From Octopus vulgaris (Eukaryota): a DNA stretch of 64,000 nucleotides. The DNA lies in contig OX597817.1 of assembly GCA_951406725.2 (NCBI GenBank), positions 148,986,001-149,050,000 on the forward strand, given 5' to 3'. The notes beneath the pieces were generated by a model, which did not search any database, was not told where the DNA came from, and saw only the letters and a list, made by a program, of their open reading frames with translations. Position 1 is the first letter of the stretch. Every line of letters starts with the position of its first letter. Made by a program: the position numbers and the translations under genes. Positions 15,262-29,204 of this stretch are shown here, one piece after another.

Positions 15262-15448
15262 ATGTTTTTTATCTGTTTTAATCGTTTGACTGAGGCCACG
15301 CTGGAGCTCTGGCTGGGGGGGATTTAATCGAACAAATCGACGCCAGAACTAGTACATATTCTATCAGTCTGTTTTGCCAGATCCCTATGTTACGGGGAGG
15401 TAAACACACCAACACCTGTTGTCAGGCGGTGACGGGAAACAAACACAG
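15262..15448 (-). mobile_element. SINE family A, 3' fragment
   Basis: Aligns by eye to 7802-8010. Confidence 0.75.
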
Positions 15449-16222
15449 AATTAGGGTGTCTTTTCTAGCTAATCATTTTATCCAAGAAGTACGTAATACA
15501 TTTGTGGTTATTCCTTTATATCTTGGCAAAGCAACTTAGTAAAAGAATTTACAATTATAATCGTTTTATTTATGGCTTATTAATTGTTTGTTCAATCTAT
15601 TGGTTGTTCTGGTAATAGTTACATTATACACTCATGCTATGAAGGGGGGAGGAAAAAATGGGGACCACTGAGAGATGATCGCAGTGCAGAAAGATGATAG
15701 AGTGCAAGGAGTTTATATGTTTTATTGTGTGAATATTGCAATGGCCCTAAGAATTACATTGGGTATTTAATGACGTAAATAAGACATTTTCCATCGCTTA
15801 ATTTAATGGTGCTGATTAACGAGGTGAGTGAGTACAAGGAAATTATTTTGTTTAATGTATAATGTGCTCAGATCAAAGGAAAAGGAGTCTAGTTTTAAGA
15901 TAGGCAATGGCGTTTATTTATCGTAGTGAGCGGTTGTGTATCTATTGGCGTTAAATAACAATTCAGTCGCTGATTGAAGTTTGCGTGCTTATTGGTGAAT
16001 GTTCATGTGAGCATTAATAAAAATTATTTATATTGATATTTTGTAAAATATGTGTTATGTTTATTTTATTTCCAAGTTTATAAAGTCCATTGGGTGTTCC
16101 GCTATCATCGGTTTTGTCGCGTAAATGTTGGTTACTGCATAACGTTTATTAAATTGTATCGTATTTTCTGTATATTCATATGCATACATACATACATACA
16201 TACAGACAGACAGACAGATATC

Positions 16223-16303
<81 letters not shown>

Positions 16304-16304
16304 T

Positions 16305-16383
<79 letters not shown>

Positions 16384-16423
16384 CTGTGTGTTCTTAGGTT
16401 GTCATACATTCATGTCTATATAA

Positions 16424-16473
<50 letters not shown>

Positions 16474-16475
<2 letters not shown>

Positions 16476-16680
16476 CATAGGAGTGGCTGTGTGGTAAGTA
16501 GCTCGCTTAACAACTACATCGTTCCCGGTTCAGTCCCACTGCGAGGCAACTTCGGCAAGAGTTGTCCACTATAGCCGCGGACCGAACAAAGTTTTGTGAG
16601 TGAATAAGTCCTGGGCTTGATTTGATCGATGAAAAGCGGTGCTCCAGCATGGCTGCAGTCAAATGACTGAATAAAAGAAT
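16474..16680 (+). mobile_element. SINE family A with internal deletion
   Basis: Head GGCATAGGAGTGGCTGTGTGGTAAG joined to tail GGTGCTCCAGCATGGCTGCAGTCAAATGACTGAA. Confidence 0.85.
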
Positions 16681-17007
16681 ATCGTAATTGTGCTTGTATG
16701 AATTTGTGTGTCTATGTTTTTCTTTGACTTTCATCCAAGTTCTTTAAAGATTTCAAACCAGTCACTAATAAAATAACAAGCATGTTTTAGTTAAAACCGT
16801 TCGCGAGGTTTCCGAGGGTCCGTTTGTGTGTGCCTTTAAATGTAGGTCCACCGACTTGCACTTATGTATTCTATGGACATGTCTTTTTAGTAACTTAGGT
16901 GTTTTTTTTTTTGTGTAGTGTCTCTCGGGGTGAGTATGCCTTTGTGCACTTGTGTTTTCCAGTGTGTGTGTCTGTGTGGGCATCTTTAATTTTACATATG
17001 TATTTCT

Positions 17008-17198
17008 TATTTCTTTATTACCCAGAAGCAGCTAAACATGAAGGGGACAAACAACGACAGACAAACGGATTAAGTCGAATAAAAGGACCCCAATGCCTAA
17101 CTGGTGCTTAGTTTATCGACCCCGAAAGGATGAAAGGCAAAGTCGACCTCGGTGGAATTTGAAATCAGAACGTAACGGCAGACGAAAAACCGCTTGCA
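17008..17198 (-). mobile_element. SINE family B, 5'-truncated
   Basis: Reverse complement of most of 17218-17448. Confidence 0.85.
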
Positions 17199-17217
17199 TT
17201 TTACATATGTATTTACG

Positions 17218-17632
17218 GGTGGCGAGCTGGCAGAATCGTTAGCACGTCGGGCGAAATGCTTAGCGGTATTTTGGCTGCCGTTACGTTCTGAGTTCAAATT
17301 CCGCCGAGGTCGACTTTGCCTTTCATCCTTTCGGGGTCGATAAATTAAGTACCAGTTACGCACTGGAGTCGATGTAATCGACTTAATCCGTTTGTCTGTC
17401 CTTGTTTGTCCCCTCTGTGTTTAGCCCCTTGTGGATAGTAAAGAAATATGTATTTTGGCTGCCGTTACGTTCTGAGTTCAAATTCCGCCGTTGTCAACTT
17501 TGCCTTTCATCCTTTCGAGGTCGATAAATTAAGTACCAATTATGCACTGGGGTCGATGTAACCGACTTAAGCCCTTTGTCTGTCCTTGTTTGTCCCCTCT
17601 GTATTTAGCCCCCTGTGAGCAATAAAGAAATA
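17218..17632 (+). mobile_element. SINE family B (tRNA head + Meta-domain-like centre), full copy plus tandem duplicate of its 3' part
   Basis: TGGCAGAATCGTTAG A box, GAGTTCAAATTCC B box, GCCTTTCATCCTTTCGGGGTCGATAAATTAAGTACCAG resembles the MetaSINE domain (from memory); 17450-17632 repeats 17267-17448. Confidence 0.85.
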
Positions 17633-18441
17633 TTTTACATGTATATTTACATTTTACAAATACATATGTAAATATCCTTATCTGAGATTGTGAGAGTAAG
17701 TTACTCTTAGTTTCGTTTCATGCTTGAGTAAGTCAAGTGTACCGTAAAAGAACACGATTTGATGTCAACTTATCGCACACGTTAAACAAACAACCACATA
17801 ACAAATTGAATACGAGTGTCCATGATTTTATTTCCATCTCAGACATTTCAGTTTACATTTTTCGTAATATTGGGAAGAACATGAGCATCATTTCAACCGA
17901 TAATTTATTCCCTCAAAATCTACGATGCTTTGTATGTGTATGTTTGTGTGTATGTGTGTGCATCTGTGCGTGTGTGCGTGTGTGTATGTTTGTGTATGTG
18001 TGTGATTGTGTGTGTAATTTAATGAACGTCGTATATCCAAAACTATCCAATGACTTTGATGAGAAGAAAGCAATTATAAGAAGTAATGTATCTGATTAAT
18101 TAATATATATTCATCAGAATGATATTAATAGCAAATTTAAATTGTGAAAAGTAACAAATGGGGAGGAGGGGGACAAAAGAAAACAACAACAATGAAAAAA
18201 ATAAAACAAATAATAACAAACAAAAACCGTAAGAGACAATGAAAGGAATCTTTAGGAAAAAAATCGATGCAGTTAAGATATAATTTATATTTTAAAACAA
18301 GGGGATATAAATAAGGAGGAAAAAACAATTTAGTCATTACAAAACAAAATCGATAGATCGAAAGAAGATAAAGTGAATATAAAAGGAGATATAAATAGAA
18401 AGGTAGGTAAATTTATGTAGTACAACACATGGTATCATACT

Positions 18442-18491
<50 letters not shown>

Positions 18492-18720
18492 TGTGGTGGT
18501 GGTGGTGGTGGTGGTAACATTAGTAGTAGTAGTAGTAGTAGTAGTTGTAGTTGTGGTGGTAGTAACAACAGTAGTAGTAGGAGGAGGAGGAGGCGGAGGA
18601 AGAAGAGGCGCAACAGCAGCAGTAGTAGCAGTAGTAGTAACAGCAGCTGTAGTAGTAGTGGTGGTAGTAACAGTAGCAGCAGCAGTAGCAGTAGCAGTAG
18701 CAGTAGCAGCAGCAGCAGCG

Positions 18721-18770
<50 letters not shown>

Positions 18771-18771
18771 T
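18442..18771. repeat. Compound trinucleotide repeat (AGT)n/(GGT)n/(AGC)n
   Basis: Direct reading. Confidence 0.95.
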
Positions 18772-19051
18772 GATAGATTAATATAATAGTACAGGGATGG
18801 ATAGAAAAATGTAAGAAAATCACATGCTATGTTACTTTTGTAGTAAAAGAGTGATTTTCTGAGAAGATTTAAAACGTAAAGAGAAACAGTAAAATGGACA
18901 GACACAACAAAACATGGCATTCTGCTCTGGGACTGATTTTTCAGTGATTTAAAGGGAGCAGGTTCAATTCCTCTCAAGGATACTGGTGCTGTTCATGGTC
19001 ATAGCTATTTCGCTAGTTATTTCATTAACCTTGGAAATAAGTTCGTACATA

Positions 19052-19279
19052 AGCGCAGGCATGGTTGACTGGCATGAAGTTTTCTTTCCAGCCACATGGT
19101 TCCAAGTTCAGTCCCGCTGCGAGGTATCTTGGGCATGTGTCTTCTATTAAAGCCTCAGGCCTATCAAGTGAGTAGATATGTTAGACTGAAACTGAAAGAA
19201 ACCCATCGTGTGTGCATGTGTGTGTGTGTGTGTATGTGTGTGTGTATGTGTCTGTATGTGTGTGTGTATATACATATGT

Positions 19280-19311
<32 letters not shown>

Positions 19312-19490
19312 CACCACCGACTGACAACTGGTATGGATGTGTTTAACTCTCCATAACTTAGAAAATTGGCAAAAGAGACCGATAGTATAATAACCAGGCA
19401 TTAACAAAAGGATAAGGGTCGATACAATCCACTAAAATGCTTCAAGGTGGTACTCCAGCATGGCCGCAGTTTAACGGTTGAAAGGAAATA
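19052..19490 (+). mobile_element. SINE family A, diverged full length
   Basis: Head, internal (TG)n and tail GGTACTCCAGCATGGCCGCAG all present. Confidence 0.8.
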
Positions 19491-20417
19491 GAATACCATC
19501 GGTAGTCGATGATCGTATTTTCTCTCAAGTCAAAAGGGAATATAACTCAAGGAAGAGTGTTACTGTTTAATCAAGATTTGAAGATTGAAGAGTATAATAA
19601 ATAATAACGTTTACTAACAGAGGTTATTAGGCAAGCCCTGGATCAACGAATCAACCATCTACCGCTTCTATGTTCTTCGTATTAAACATCTGAATGTAGG
19701 AGGTACAACCGCTTCTTCTGTGTCACTGCGTGATGATGTACAAGAAAGTATATTCAAATGAAATACACATAATTCTAAAACCTAAAATATATATAAAATT
19801 TCTGTAAGCCCTGAGCGCTTTGTACAGTCCTGGAAATAAACTACATAGTAAGCTAGAAGGAAATTAAGGAACGGTCATATATTATATAAAGGACTCCCGT
19901 GTATAATGGTCTATTTCCATAATATAATAAAATTGCTTTGATTTTCTCTTACACGATGGATAGTAATTTGAGTTTTGAGAAGACATAGCTGTGACAATAA
20001 TTTGTAATACGTATTTCAGATTGTATGGCTTCGTCCAGAGTGAATAGGACATGTGAAATTGGCTTTTCCTTTGCAGATTTCATCGATTTAAGTTATAAAA
20101 TGTCGATACACGCAATACAAGACAGCTTTCAGCTCTCTCCGTCATTTCGCACCGCCAGCGTCCTGGTTTTATTATATTAGGCACAGATCATTACAATTTT
20201 AAAAGGTGGAGGTTTTTAAAGGGAAGCCATTTGGACAAGGAATGGAAAATACAATGCGTGAATAGTATATATGATGTGTGTGTGTGTGTGTGTGCATATG
20301 TTTGTAGATAAATATATAGGTATGTATGTATATAATTTTATATATAGATAGATACATACATACATACATACATATAAATATACACATACACACAAACACA
20401 CACATACACACACACAC

Positions 20418-20481
<64 letters not shown>

Positions 20482-20767
20482 TTGGCGGGAAAGTTACACA
20501 AATTCAATCAATCAATTTGTAAGAATCAACACAATCACCAAATATATTCAGTTCTATTCTTTAATTCTTTACTGCGCATGTCTAGAAACGTTGGATATGG
20601 ACTTCGGAACTCTACTGTCCCCTACCAACTGTAAGAAGCTAATAAAAGTATGAAAACTATAAGATAAAAAAAAAATAAAGAGCAACAAGTTAGAAGGAAT
20701 TTAGTGCCATTGCATGAAGTGTACTCAAAGATCTCACGCATATTGTATATTGAAGATGAATGTACGC

Positions 20768-20870
<103 letters not shown>

Positions 20871-20987
20871 TAGATATATAGATAGATAGATAGATGTGTC
20901 TGGGCACTTATGAGTAGCGTCACATGCTAGAAATACAAAAATACAAGCCAAATGAAACTAAGACTCACGTTGTTTATCCCATATACA

Positions 20988-22403
<1,416 letters not shown>

Positions 22404-23038
22404 TCAAACTTCCTTCCTCTACCTCACTCTTCATGGATGGACTAACACAAATATATAAAGATACCATACATTCACCACTTCAAGCTAAAACTTATATTCT
22501 TTAAATATCATTTTCACTATTGTTGTTGTTACTACTATCATTTTTATTATAAATGATATGACAATTTGAAATGCAATTGTCTATGCAGTTTTATATTATT
22601 AGAAAATAATATAAATAAAGTGTTAAAATCTGAAAGTTAAGTTAACAAGCAATTATATAAAAAAGATAATGCAAATGAAGCTAAAATGATAGTTTTATAA
22701 TTTGGGTTATATTGAAGAACTCAAAAGAGTTGTCTCCCCTTACTCACAACACAGGAACTGAAGAACCAGGACCACAATTACTACTACTTCCTGTCCTGCA
22801 ACATGCTGAATTTAACAACACAACACATCACATGCTCTTAATCCCTTTGGATCTTAACACCTCAAGGTAATTTTTTGGTAAACAACCATAAAACTCAAGA
22901 TACACAACGAACTCACAATGTATCGGAGAACTTATTTTTTAATTTTTGTACATTTTTATCATTATTCTTTTACAAAAAACATTGCAATTTTCTTTTTTCT
23001 CCTTTCTAATTTTTAAAAAAAACTTCTTAAAACATAAA

Positions 23039-23079
23039 TATTCTTGATAAGTCATACATTGACGAAAACCGGTTGAATA
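23039..23079 (+). ncRNA. Minimal type-I hammerhead-like motif in the PLE 3' pLTR (U3-A8 variant, one extra A)
   Basis: TATTC-TTGATAA-GTCA(tacat)TGAC-GAA(A)-ACCGGT-T-GAATA. Confidence 0.65.
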
Positions 23080-23223
23080 AATATATATATTTATATATTT
23101 TATCATTTTCTCATTTTATTAAAATTTTCTTTCATTTGAGCATTCTGCATTTTTAAAAAAGATTTTTCCTTACTTATCACTTCTCCACGTGCGGTCAACA
23201 CAACCCCACCATTTATTGATCTA

Positions 23224-23252
<29 letters not shown>

Positions 23253-23255
<3 letters not shown>

Positions 23256-23490
23256 ATTTACAAGATAAGGGCAAAAGAAAAATTCTAATGCCAAATATGC
23301 CGAAAAAAGGCAAAAATTGTCAATAACCATTATAAATTATAAATTATAATGGTTATTGACAATTTTTGTCTTTTTTCGGCATATTTGGAATTAGAATTTT
23401 TCTGTTGCCCTTATCTTGTAAATTATTTATAAATTTAACCTTTAAAGGTATTTTTTGATATGCTGGCCATTGATAAAATTTTTTACCCGA
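23253..23490. mobile_element. Fold-back element in (TA)n, ~82-bp arms plus one-sided extension
   Basis: 23253-23335 vs 23344-23426 near-exact reverse complement. Confidence 0.8.
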
Positions 23491-23513
23491 AAAAAAATGT
23501 ATCCTACATTAGT

Positions 23514-23562
<49 letters not shown>

Positions 23563-23565
<3 letters not shown>

Positions 23566-23772
23566 AATTCAAATAAGTTATCCTTATCTTTAAAATATAA
23601 TGATAAAGTACGTGGCTAGCAAATACTATCAAGTAGAAAGAAGATGTAAGACTCTCCAAAGCCACGCATCTCTCACTATACGTAAATACACATGGAGAAT
23701 TATCCGTGCGTATTTACACATAGTGAGAGATGCGTGGCTTGTGGCATTCGAAAGTTTTAACTCTTCTTTCTA
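23563..23772. mobile_element. Fold-back element in (TA)n, imperfect ~60-bp arms
   Basis: AAGCCACGCATCTCTCACTAT / ATAGTGAGAGATGCGTGGCTT and TAGAAAGAAGA / TCTTCTTTCTA. Confidence 0.7.
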
Positions 23773-23800
23773 GTATATATGTACCCGACTTTTAACAGAC

Positions 23801-23850
<50 letters not shown>

Positions 23851-23857
<7 letters not shown>

Positions 23858-23987
23858 GAAATGAGGTAATCAGAATTTCGGATGGTTTATATTTACAGAT
23901 ATTTATTTATATATTACATTTTTTACATATATATCATATCACTTAGATCATTAGCGCTTTCTCCCATTCTAGTGGGGTTTTCAAATC
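23851..23987 (-). mobile_element. Solo pLTR-like repeat ending in (TA)n, with U3-A8 hammerhead motif at 23949-23987
   Basis: Minus: at-TTGAAAA-cCCCA(ctagaa)TGGGa-GAA-AGCGCT-A-at; homologous copies at 30561-30640 and 40085-40228. Confidence 0.7.
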
Positions 23988-24314
23988 AAAATAAATTCCT
24001 TTGTGGGAAATTTTAATCATTTTATAGAGTTTCGTAGTGGTGGGGAGGAATATAAGACAGTACAAGAGGGTGAGGTGGATGAGGAGAAAGTGAGAGAGAG
24101 AACATGTGTGTATGTGTATGTGTATATATATGCGTATGTACATAAATACACACATAGATATTTACATACATTCCTAACGACAGATAAACACATGAACAGG
24201 TAGATAAATAGATACATAGATAGATACATAGATACACAACATACATACATCGCCAAGATAGATCGCTAGCCACTACACATTCTTTATTTTCTTTCCTTGT
24301 TTCTTTCTGTGTTC

Positions 24315-24350
24315 CTTTCTGTAGAAGAGCGTAGGCTCGAAACGTTAAAG
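24315..24350 (+). ncRNA. Minimal hammerhead-like motif with variant core
   Basis: CTTT-CTGTAGA(A)-GAGC(gtag)GCTC-GAA-ACGT-T-AAAG; stems I and II perfect; A6 replaced by U. Confidence 0.55.
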
Positions 24351-24599
24351 CCTTCCCTTCCCGAGCGTTATACTAATACATCTGTTTGTTATCTACACCA
24401 CCTGTCTTCGTCTTTTGGGTGTTTCTTCTTAATTCTCTACGTAGATAGCTAGCTAGCTAGCTAGCTAGCTAGATAGATAGATAGATAGATAGATAGATGG
24501 ATAGATGGATGGATGGATGGCTGAATGAATGGATGGATGGATGGATGGATGGATGGATGGATGGATGGATGGATAGATAGATAGATAGATAGATAGATA

Positions 24600-26727
24600 T
24601 GTTTCTTTATTAGCCACACAGGGCTGCACACAGATAGAACAAATTACAAGGTAGAGCTTTTCTTTTGAAGGGTTAAAAAAATAAATAAATAAATAAAAAA
24701 GGAAGGGGGGAGTTTCGATCAAAAGGGATCGTAAAAGGAGAGAAAGAGGACAAAAAAGGGGGGTTAAAAAAAAAGGGGGAGAGGAAAAAAAATTGATCAA
24801 TAGGGATCGTTATCACAGAAATGTCAATATGAAGTGTAAAGGGGAGGACAGGTGAGGTTTACCCGTGGAAAGAAAAGCCTACGGAAAAGACCACGGTAAC
24901 CTCGGTCAATGAAGTCACATTTTATATTTCTTTTTTTTTTTTTTTTTGCAAATAAGCAACTCTCTGTTTTCGATTTCTGGGTTCATAGGACTATGCTCAA
25001 GGTGGCTTTGTCATTCATACGTGCCATTCTTGCTACATTCACCCATCTTTTTTAAAACATTCGCTAGACAAAACTTGCCTCTCTACTCTCACTTTCCTTT
25101 TCAAGTGGTACTTGAAGAAGTTGATGAGAGATTGACCAGAGAGGAAAGTGTTTGTCTCCAATCCTTTCAGACGCGTCCACCAGATACATTCTTTCGCCAT
25201 AGCCACAAGGATGATGAAAATAGCTCTTCCTTCCCGTTTGAAGGAAGGAGGCGTGACAATATTGACGATAGACTCAGCTGATAAACCGACTCGTCCCACA
25301 CGTGACAGCAGTTGTTCGACATAAGCCCACAGGTCGGAAATTGTTGGACACTGAACGAGTGCGTGCAGAATGGTTTCGTCGCTCTGACCGCATCTCGGGC
25401 AGGTCGGCCCCGTGTTTCTCGAGCCGTGTCTGTAGAGCTTATCCCGAACGGGTAGCGCTTCTCGGTAGCACTGCCAGGCCAGGGATCTCTGGAAGTTGTC
25501 CATGGGCCCTGACCCGAAAGTCGTCCTGAACAGGCAGGTCAGGTACTCCTCGTCGACGTCCAGGTTCGCCCCGAGCTCGTCGTCGTACCTCCCCTCCACT
25601 AAACCCCTATAGAATGCTTTGGTTGTGTTGAAGTCACTTAAGGTCGACCCAGGACGGCAGAGTTGCTTGAGAGCAACGCGACACTCGCGGTGCCATTCGC
25701 CCTTCCTCGGCCTCTTTTTGATCCACGACTGCAGTTCGGTCATGGAGACGAGCTGCGGGAAAGCGTGCCTCACAAACGGCGACCACACCTGTTCACCGTC
25801 GTCTACATAGAGCCAGAGATGTCGCAGTCTCAGCGCGTGTCTGCGCATCATCAACCACGGCATGCCCAGCCCTCCTTTTAACGGGTGTTGACAGCAAATG
25901 GATCTCCTGACCATCGGGACGCATCCTTTCCACAAGAAGCGAAAGAGGATGCGTTGTAGTTTGGTGATGGTAGGGTCGGGACAAGGGTACGACGGTCAGG
26001 CGGTAGTAGATGACGGACGCGATGTACGTGCTCGCCACCTCCGCTCGACCTTTTAGGGACAGTTTCCTCTCGGCCCATTGCCGGGCGAGAGTGACCACCC
26101 TACTCGTTATCTCGTTCCAGTTCTTCTCCACTTGGAGGTCCGGACCAAACCAGACCCCGAGCAACTCAACCGGGCCGTCGGTCCAGCGTCCCACGACGGA
26201 GGCGCTGGTGGACGGCATGGGCTTGCTTCTCCAGGTGCCTAGTCGCAAGCCCACTGACTTTTCCCGGTTGATTTTCGCTCCTGTCACCGCTTCGTAGTTT
26301 TTCAGTGTCTCGCCGACCAGCTCGATGTGCTCGTGGCTAGACACTATGACGGTGACGTCGTCCGCGTATGCAAACACGCTCGTCCCGCATCCCAATTCTC
26401 GCGGGATGCCCCTTAGAGTCGCCAGCTTCCGCAGTAGTGGCTCAAGAGTCAATACGCATAGAAGCGCCGAGAGGGGGCATCCCTGACGGACCGAACGTGC
26501 AATGTCGAAAGGTCTCGATAGATGTCCATTTACGCGAATTACCGAACGGATGCCTCTGTACAAGGCAGCTATCCAGCCGCGGAAGACGGGACCGAAACCA
26601 GCCGCTCTCAGGACTGCCTCCAAGTATCGATGGTCTACCCTATCAAAGGCTTTCGATTGATCCAAGTTGATCAGGGCCCCACCCATGCCAGGTTCGTTAA
26701 CTACCCTGTCTATGATGTAGCGCATCA
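24600..26727 (-). mobile_element. L1-clade (Tx1-like) LINE, 5'-truncated, embedded in (GATA)n
   Basis: ORF2 remnant plus 3' UTR ending AATAAAGAAACA directly into (TATC)n; (TAGA)n on the other side. Confidence 0.9.
24983..26727 (-). pseudogene. L1/Tx1 ORF2: RT + zf-RVT region, frameshifts near 25985 and 25050
   Basis: LDQSKAFDRVDH, SVRQGCPLS, YADD, KINREKS, GGLGMP, CPRCGQSDETILHALVQC. Confidence 0.92.
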
Positions 26728-26763
26728 GATGGAGGTAGATAGATAGATAGATAGGTAGATAGG

Positions 26764-26836
<73 letters not shown>

Positions 26837-26941
26837 TGATAGATAGATAGATAGATAGATTCATTGATTGATTGATAGATTGATAGAGAGATACAAACAG
26901 ACATAGATACACACATAGATAATATCTAAACTCTCCTTGCA

Positions 26942-27153
26942 GCACTAAGTGTAACACTCTAATACATTTTATAATAGATTAGACTCCTCCTGGTTCACTG
27001 CTATCCGTATTCATTTAATCTTTACTTAAGATTTTCTTTCATTTCTTTCCAATTGACTTATCTTTGGTCTTGTCATGGTTTACAAAAGCAGAGTGCCGCA
27101 AGCCGACCATTGTTGACACACAATTTCACAGTGTCTTTATTACACAACACATT
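26942..27153 (-). repeat. Left arm of an ungapped ~210-bp inverted duplication
   Basis: Reverse complement of 29205-29416; 77-bp identical core at 26967-27043. Confidence 0.9.
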
Positions 27154-27432
27154 CTAGAGCACAGAGAAGTTTTTCAAAAATAACATTTCATAAGGGTATG
27201 TGTGTATGTGTGTGCGTGTACGTCGTGTATATGTATGTCAATGAAGGAGTTTATGTAAGAGGGAGAGAGGAGAGTAAAATAATTTATGTAAAACTAGAAA
27301 TTTAAATCAACATACAAAGACATAATAAACATACACACAAACACACATGTAGATATATATACATACATATATTCATATATATACACACACAGATATATAT
27401 ACATACACATAATTTTTTAATAGAAAATACAT

Positions 27433-27740
27433 AGGCGCAGAAGTGGCTGCGTGGTAAGTAGCTTGCTTACCAACCACATGTTTCCGGATTCAATCTCACT
27501 GCGTGGTACCTTGGGCAAGTGTCTTCTACTATAGCCTCGGGTCGACCAAAGCCTTTTGAGTGGATTTGGTAAACGGAAACTGAAAGAAGCCCGTCGTTTA
27601 TATGTATATATATATGTGTGTGTGTGTTTGTGTGCTTTTGTTAGTCCCCCCCACCACCACCAACATAGCTTAACAACCGATGCTGGTATTTTTATGTCGC
27701 CGTAACTTAGCGGTTACGGGGACGTAAAAGAGTAAAAGAG
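27433..27740 (+). mobile_element. SINE family A with partial 3' deletion
   Basis: Head GGCGCAGAAGTGGCTGCGTGGTAAG; ends GTAAAAGAGTAAAAGAG. Confidence 0.85.
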
Positions 27741-27775
27741 AATATGCTTAATCCCGGCAATAGCCGAACAAACGG

Positions 27776-27828
27776 TCCCTACTGAAGAGGCTACAGAAAT
27801 AACCGAAAATGAACGTTCAGTATAGGGA
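27776..27828 (+). ncRNA. Type-I hammerhead ribozyme with canonical core
   Basis: TCCCTA-CTGAAGA-GGcTA(cagaaa)TAaCC-GAA-AaTGAA(cg)TTCAgT-A-TAGGGA; predicted cleavage after GUA at 27822. Confidence 0.8.
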
Positions 27829-27912
27829 ATTCTCGAACTGGTGTTCTTGGTTGATTGCAGACCCTTTTACTACAGTATTAGAGCATTGTAGCTCTTATTT
27901 CTAGCAGTGTAG

Positions 27913-27946
<34 letters not shown>

Positions 27947-27949
<3 letters not shown>

Positions 27950-28220
27950 CGTTATTTAAAATACCGATCATATCAAGTGCCTAGTATGGGAATAAAAACC
28001 TCAAAGGTAATAATTATTATTAAAATTATAATTAAGGGTATCTAAAAGTTACCATCATCCGGGATATGGAATTATCCAATAATTTTTTGCTAGTTTATTT
28101 TGTCTCTTTGTCTTCTCTCCTGGTGATGTATGAATATTTGATGTGGTTTAAGTTTTGACTGCTATCACTAGCATGAAGGTATCTTTTAGATACCCTTAAT
28201 TATTATTTTAATACTAATTA
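27947..28220. mobile_element. Fold-back element next to (TA)n, ~48-bp arms with ~115-bp spacer
   Basis: ATAATTAAGGGTATCTAAAAG / CTTTTAGATACCCTTAATTAT and flanking matches, 28011-28220. Confidence 0.7.
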
Positions 28221-28272
28221 GATAGATAGATAGATAGATACACACACATGTATACATACATACGTTCATACA

Positions 28273-28777
28273 TCTCTATATCTATAAACGGCAAAATGTA
28301 TATGTATCTGTGTGTCTGTGTGTCCTTTATACAAATCCAGTTTTTCACGTAAAAGGCTCGCATTTTCTATAGGCTTTCAAAACTGTTTGAGGGTGGTCGT
28401 GAAGAACTTTTCATTTCTCCAGTCACCCTAGAAAGCCATTAAAAAAATCGATAAACCGACCCCTTATGCCCATAAGTTATGGGCATAACCATTCACAATC
28501 GCTAAAATTTGTACGCGGTGCGTGCGTACAGCTAGATACGCCTATGGACTGCCAGCTGTTTTTTGATTGGACGAAGAAGACTTCACCCGTGACAGATGAA
28601 TGCGCGTGCGCATTTGTAGACAGTTTGGCTTTCAAACATGCAGGCTATTTTGATTTGAGAAACGCAGGGAATAATTAACGAGTTAGACCAAGTGAATGAC
28701 AAGAGAGCGGGATTTTCATGAAAGACCAAATATGCTTGACTAGCACTAGACCCAGCAACGCCGGGTCATAGTGCTTG
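28273..28777 (+). mobile_element. Non-autonomous Helitron
   Basis: A|TCTCTATATCTATAAACGGCA (5' end nearly the same as the 29878-30257 copy); 3' hairpin GACCC-AGCAACGCC-GGGTC then CTTG|T (variant of CTAG). Confidence 0.7.
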
Positions 28778-29204
28778 TACATATACACATACGAGCATAG
28801 ATACATACTCACAGTTACTTATATCTACGCGACTACTAAACTTAAGCTACTGTGTTGATATACCGATTTGTATTTGATAGTCTATCAACATATTTACCGA
28901 TATATCTAACCATCGATCAAGATATTTTGCTACTTATCCTATTCACTTGTGTTTATCTCATTGACATTGTAACTATTTATCCGTTCATTATTCAGCAAAA
29001 ACACACACACCCACACTGTTTCTTCCTCACACTCTCTTACACACAACACTGTTTCACACTCACTCTCTATCTTCCTCACTCTGCCCCTCTCTCCTTCTCT
29101 CTCTTTCTCTAGTAGGCACACATTCGTGCGTGCTTATTCATACACACACACATGCACAATCAAAATGGTTTCCTGTCCTCTGGGTCAGTTTATTCATGAA
29201 ATAA

